A model generated the notes under the pieces. That model had not been told where the DNA came from, did not search any database, and saw only the letters and a program-made list of their open reading frames with translations. The position numbers and the translations under genes were made by a program. A DNA stretch of 64,000 nucleotides from Saccharofermentans sp. (GTDB lineage Bacteria; Bacillota; Clostridia; Saccharofermentanales; Saccharofermentanaceae): the NCBI GenBank assembly GCA_024683485.1, contig JAIKYD010000118.1, positions 4,188 to 68,187 of the forward strand, given 5' to 3'. Below are positions 60,046 through 64,000 of the stretch, one piece after another (position 1 is the first letter of the stretch; each line of letters opens with the position of its first letter).

Positions 60046-61818
60046 ATGGATTACAAAGATTTGATCGCTTCTAATTTGAGTAAATGCACCGGTCTGGATA
60101 AGACACAGGTCGAAGGACTCATTGAGATACCGCCAAAGCTCGAGCTTGGTGATTATGCATTTCCGTGCTTCGTACTGGCAAAGACACTTCATAAGGCTCC
60201 TCCCATGATTGCCAATGAACTTAAAGAATCACCTGAACTCGTCAGTGGATTTGACGGAGCAGTCACGGTTGATACGGCAGGTCCTTACATCAATTTCAGG
60301 ATAGACAGAGGCGTGCTTGCCGGGAATGTTATCTCTGAGATCATTGCTGAGGGCGATCAGTACGGCAACAGGAATATAGGTGAGGGAAAGAATGTTATCG
60401 TTGAGTTTTCCTCCCCGAATATAGCGAAGCCTTTCCATGTCGGTCACGCTTTTACTACTATTCTCGGCAATTCTCTCTCAAATATCTATTCAAGGCTCGG
60501 TTATAACGTTATCAGATTCAATCACCTCGGAGATTACGGCACCCAGTTCGGAAAGCTCATCACGGCTTACAGACTCTGGGGTGACGAAGAGGCTATGAAG
60601 AATAATCCGATTGACGAACTCACAAGAATTTATGTTAAGTTCCACGATGAATGCAAAGTAAGTGAGGAACGCGGGAAAGAACTTGAAGATACGGCAAGGG
60701 ATAATTTCAGGAAACTCGAAGAGGGTGAAGCTGATGAGGTTGCGCTTTGGCAAAGGTTCAGGGATCTGAGCCTTGAGGTTTTCGAGAAGACCTATGAGAG
60801 AATGGGAATTAAGTTCGATAATTACAACGGTGAATCATTCTATTCATCAAGGATCCCGGGTGTTGTAAAGATGCTTGAGGACAAAGGACTCCTGGAAGAG
60901 AGCGAAGGCGCCAAGGTCGTAAAGCTCGAGGAGGAAGGTCTGCCTCCGTGCCTTGTCGTGAAGAGTGACGGAACAACTATATATGCATCAAGAGATCTTG
61001 CTGCGGTTCTTTACAGACATGAGGAGTTCAATTTCTACAAGAATATCTATGTTGTAGGTCTTCCGCAGCAGCTCCATTTCAGACAGGTCTTTGCTGTTCT
61101 CAAGAAGGCGGGATATGACTTTGCTGATGACTGTGTTCATGTCGGATTCGGACTTTTGAAGTTCAAGCCGAAGAAGGATGAGAACGGAAATGAGGTTGCC
61201 GAGGCATTCTCTACACGTTCCGGCAACATAATCAAGCTTGATGATTTCCTTGATAAAACGACAGAGAAGACTGCGGAGATTATCAGGAAGAACAGTGAAC
61301 TCAGGGGCGGTGACATGACAGATGAGCAGATTGCTAAAGTATCTGAAGTTGTCGGTCTTGGTGCCGTAACATACACATATCTCAAAGCTGGAAGAGAGAA
61401 GGATATCTTCTTTGACTGGGATGACATGCTTGATTTTGAAGGTGATACAGCACCGTACCTTATCTATACATATGCCAGGATCAAATCAATCCTCAGGAAA
61501 GCAGCAGAACAGGGTATTTCAGGAACTATGGATTCCCTGGATAAACTCACCGCTGAAGATGAATACGCAGTAATAAGGAGCCTTGCGGACTTTAAGGATG
61601 CGGTTGTTAAGGCTGCTGAGAGTTATGAGCCTTTTATGATCTCACGTCAGATAGCTCTTATCGCAAGGAATTTCAACCGTTTCTACAATAATTCAAGGAT
61701 ACTTAATGCAGACAGCGCAGAGATCAGAGATGCAAGACTGAAGCTGTGCGAGGCTGTTTCTGATTGCCTTAAGTCAGGTCTTGATATGCTCGGTATCGGC
61801 GTAGTCGAGAAGATGTGA
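60046..61818 (+). CDS. argS: Arginine--tRNA ligase
   Basis: EFSSPNIAKPFHVGH, GDYGTQFG, FEGDTAPY and C-terminal EKM. Confidence 0.97.
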   Translation: MDYKDLIASNLSKCTGLDKTQVEGLIEIPPKLELGDYAFPCFVLAKTLHKAPPMIANELKESPELVSGFDGAVTVDTAGPYINFRIDRGVLAGNVISEIIAEGDQYGNRNIGEGKNVIVEFSSPNIAKPFHVGHAFTTILGNSLSNIYSRLGYNVIRFNHLGDYGTQFGKLITAYRLWGDEEAMKNNPIDELTRIYVKFHDECKVSEERGKELEDTARDNFRKLEEGEADEVALWQRFRDLSLEVFEKTYERMGIKFDNYNGESFYSSRIPGVVKMLEDKGLLEESEGAKVVKLEEEGLPPCLVVKSDGTTIYASRDLAAVLYRHEEFNFYKNIYVVGLPQQLHFRQVFAVLKKAGYDFADDCVHVGFGLLKFKPKKDENGNEVAEAFSTRSGNIIKLDDFLDKTTEKTAEIIRKNSELRGGDMTDEQIAKVSEVVGLGAVTYTYLKAGREKDIFFDWDDMLDFEGDTAPYLIYTYARIKSILRKAAEQGISGTMDSLDKLTAEDEYAVIRSLADFKDAVVKAAESYEPFMISRQIALIARNFNRFYNNSRILNADSAEIRDARLKLCEAVSDCLKSGLDMLGIGVVEKM

Positions 61819-61852
61819 GATTCCCGGACTGAAGATACAGAAAGGTGATTGC

Positions 61853-63565
61853 ATGGAGAATACAGCGAACAGCTCGGTGCCTGATTTTAAGGAACTGACA
61901 TACTCACGGCCGGATCTTGATAAGTTCACGGAAACAGTCAGAAATGTAAGACTAAGACTCATGACTTCTAAGACCATTGAGGCTGCTGACGAGGCTCTTG
62001 GTGAATATGAGCTGGCCATAAGTTCTTTTGATACTCAGTACGCTCTATGCCAGATCCTTCATGATCTTGATACTTCGAATGAGTTCTATAACGATGAAAT
62101 GGATTTTTTCGATGAAGCCGGAGCAAGGGTCCAGGAGCTTTCTTCCGCTGTGCTTTCGGGACTTCTGACATGCCCCTGCGCTGACAGTCTTAAAGAGAAA
62201 TACGGTCCCATGATCTTCCGTAAGGCCAAAAACCAGAAAGAAATCATCTCAAGCGAGGTTATCGATGACTTAACCGAGGAGTCCAGGCTGGAAAATGAAT
62301 ATTCCCAGAAGCAGTCCGAGGCAGAGATACCGTTCGGTAAGAAGAATCTCAACCTTAGCCTTATCCAGCCGTTTCTACAGTCGACAGACAGAAGCGTCAG
62401 GCGGAGCAGTCACATTGCTCTTGATGCTTACTATATGTCGCGGAAAGACACATATGACAAGATCTACGATGATCTTGTGAAGGTCAGGACATCTGCAGCT
62501 GTAAAGCTCGGCTACAACAATTTCACTGAGCTCGGTTACAAGCGGATGGAACGCTACGATTACACAAGGGAAGATGTTGCTGCTTTCAGAGAGAATATCA
62601 AGAAATATATAGTTCCGCTTACTGTACAGATCAGAAAGCTACAGCAGGAAAGGCTTGGAGTTGATAAACTGATGTTTCACGATCTTCCGTGCCTTTTTGC
62701 GGAGGGCAATCCGACCCCTGTTATAGGGAAGGATACTTACGAAGAGGCAGCAGGCAAGTTCTTCAGGAATATGTTCGGTGCCACGCCGAGTTTTTTTGAT
62801 GTCCTTACGGAACACGGATATACGGATCTTCTGTCGAGACCGCTCAAGTCGACCGGCGGATACTGCATGTATCTTGAGGATTACTGCATTCCCTTTATCT
62901 TCATGAACGGCAACGGAACCTTTGACGATGTTGCGACTGTTGTTCATGAAGGCGGACACGCTTATGCCGCCCTTGCAGGAGCAGAATCTTCACCTTTTGT
63001 TGAGTGCCTGTCTCCGACGCTCGAGACTTGTGAGATCCATTCGACATCAATGGAATATATGTCCTATCCTTTTATGGATATCTTCTATGGCAAGCAGGCT
63101 GAACAATACTGCGAACTGCATATGACTGACGGACTTCTGTTCCTTCCGTACGGCTGCATGGTCGATGAGTTCCAGCACATTATCTATGATAATCCGAATA
63201 TGACTCCGGACGAGCGTCATGAGATCTGGAGAATGCTCGAACAGACTTATCAGCCTTTCATCAATTACGATGAGAACGATACACCTTTCCATGCTTTGGG
63301 AGGTGCCTGGATGAAGAAAGATCACATCTTTACGACACCGTTCTACTATATCGATTACTGCCTTTCCCAGATATGTGCTCTTGAGCTCTGGGAGGAATCA
63401 AGAGAGGATATGAAGGTTGCTCTGGAAAAATACAACACTCTCTGCCAGCTTGGCGGAAGTGACACTTTCCTGAATCTTATCAAACGTTCAGGACTGGAAT
63501 CACCTTTTAAAGTCGATGTTATAAAGCGTCTCGCATTCAAATGCGCCGACTTCCTGAATCTGTGA
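61853..63565 (+). CDS. M3-family oligoendopeptidase
   Basis: HEGGH, EIHS and PFYYIDY. Confidence 0.9.
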   Translation: MENTANSSVPDFKELTYSRPDLDKFTETVRNVRLRLMTSKTIEAADEALGEYELAISSFDTQYALCQILHDLDTSNEFYNDEMDFFDEAGARVQELSSAVLSGLLTCPCADSLKEKYGPMIFRKAKNQKEIISSEVIDDLTEESRLENEYSQKQSEAEIPFGKKNLNLSLIQPFLQSTDRSVRRSSHIALDAYYMSRKDTYDKIYDDLVKVRTSAAVKLGYNNFTELGYKRMERYDYTREDVAAFRENIKKYIVPLTVQIRKLQQERLGVDKLMFHDLPCLFAEGNPTPVIGKDTYEEAAGKFFRNMFGATPSFFDVLTEHGYTDLLSRPLKSTGGYCMYLEDYCIPFIFMNGNGTFDDVATVVHEGGHAYAALAGAESSPFVECLSPTLETCEIHSTSMEYMSYPFMDIFYGKQAEQYCELHMTDGLLFLPYGCMVDEFQHIIYDNPNMTPDERHEIWRMLEQTYQPFINYDENDTPFHALGGAWMKKDHIFTTPFYYIDYCLSQICALELWEESREDMKVALEKYNTLCQLGGSDTFLNLIKRSGLESPFKVDVIKRLAFKCADFLNL

Positions 63566-63572
63566 GGAACCG

Positions 63573-64000
63573 ATGAATCTTCCTGAGGAATTTCTCAATG
63601 AGATGAGTGATTTCTTCTCGCGTCAGAAGGACGTGCCGCAGGAGGGATTTCTCGAGAGCTTTGATAATGAGCCTTTAAAGGGTATCAGATTCTCGCGTTC
63701 AAAGATCAAAAGTACAGATGAGGAACACCGTCTCCTTGAGGAATTGAAAGAGGAAATAACACCTGTTCCGTGGTGTTCAGGCGGTTACTACACAAAGAAT
63801 GAATCAAGCGGCAGGGAAGCACTCTATCATGCCGGCGTTTATTATCCCCAGGAACCTTCTGCAATGCTGCCTGCTCAGGTTATGGCAGCAAAACCTGGAG
63901 AGATCGTGCTCGACCTTTGTGCCGCCCCCGGCGGAAAAGCCTGCAGACTTGGTGAGGATATGCACGGTGAAGGTATCCTTGTCGCTAATGAGATCAGTTT
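63573..64000 (+). CDS. RsmF/RsmB-family rRNA m5C methyltransferase (truncated by window end)
   Basis: Manual translation MNLPEEFL...HAGVYYPQEPSAM...VLDLCAAPGGK...VANEIS. Confidence 0.9.
   Translation, partial: MNLPEEFLNEMSDFFSRQKDVPQEGFLESFDNEPLKGIRFSRSKIKSTDEEHRLLEELKEEITPVPWCSGGYYTKNESSGREALYHAGVYYPQEPSAMLPAQVMAAKPGEIVLDLCAAPGGKACRLGEDMHGEGILVANEIS

Overview
A mostly core-genome segment (~43-45% GC by eye, most genes on +) from a Clostridia-type Firmicute. Gene content and order suggest a gut/rumen Oscillospirales- or Saccharofermentans-like organism, which is inference only. In order: serine hydrolase + LytTR + DUF3021-like cassette, HIT, VanX-like dipeptidase, STAS protein, a polar amino-acid ABC transporter, recA-recX-rimO-pgsA, acpP-rnc-smc-ftsY, a membrane pyrophosphatase, rpsO-nadE-GDSL-pnp, a 2374-aa sortase-anchored repeat adhesin, tRNA-Leu(GAG), ogg/rlmL-like genes, proA-rpiB, an F-type ATP synthase operon, a reduced Tad/Flp locus, SAM-I riboswitch-metK, recD2-comF, mraY, argS, an M3 peptidase and a partial rsmF. 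No CRISPR array, integrase, transposase or prophage is visible. The most notable items are: (1) an ATP synthase with no atpH in the operon, where a delta-C-terminal-like domain is fused to alpha, giving up to three peripheral-stalk docking sites, alongside a c subunit lacking the glycine zipper; (2) a possible partner-switching module made of a STAS protein, an RsbW-like pseudokinase and an ABC ATPase with an RsbW-like tail, next to a circularly permuted binding domain; (3) a 138-bp double-hairpin element with a 28-bp direct repeat upstream of proA; (4) a streamlined Tad locus with a TadB-TadC fusion, degenerate TadZ and a pseudo-FHA protein. All family assignments come from motif recognition by eye; no searches were run.
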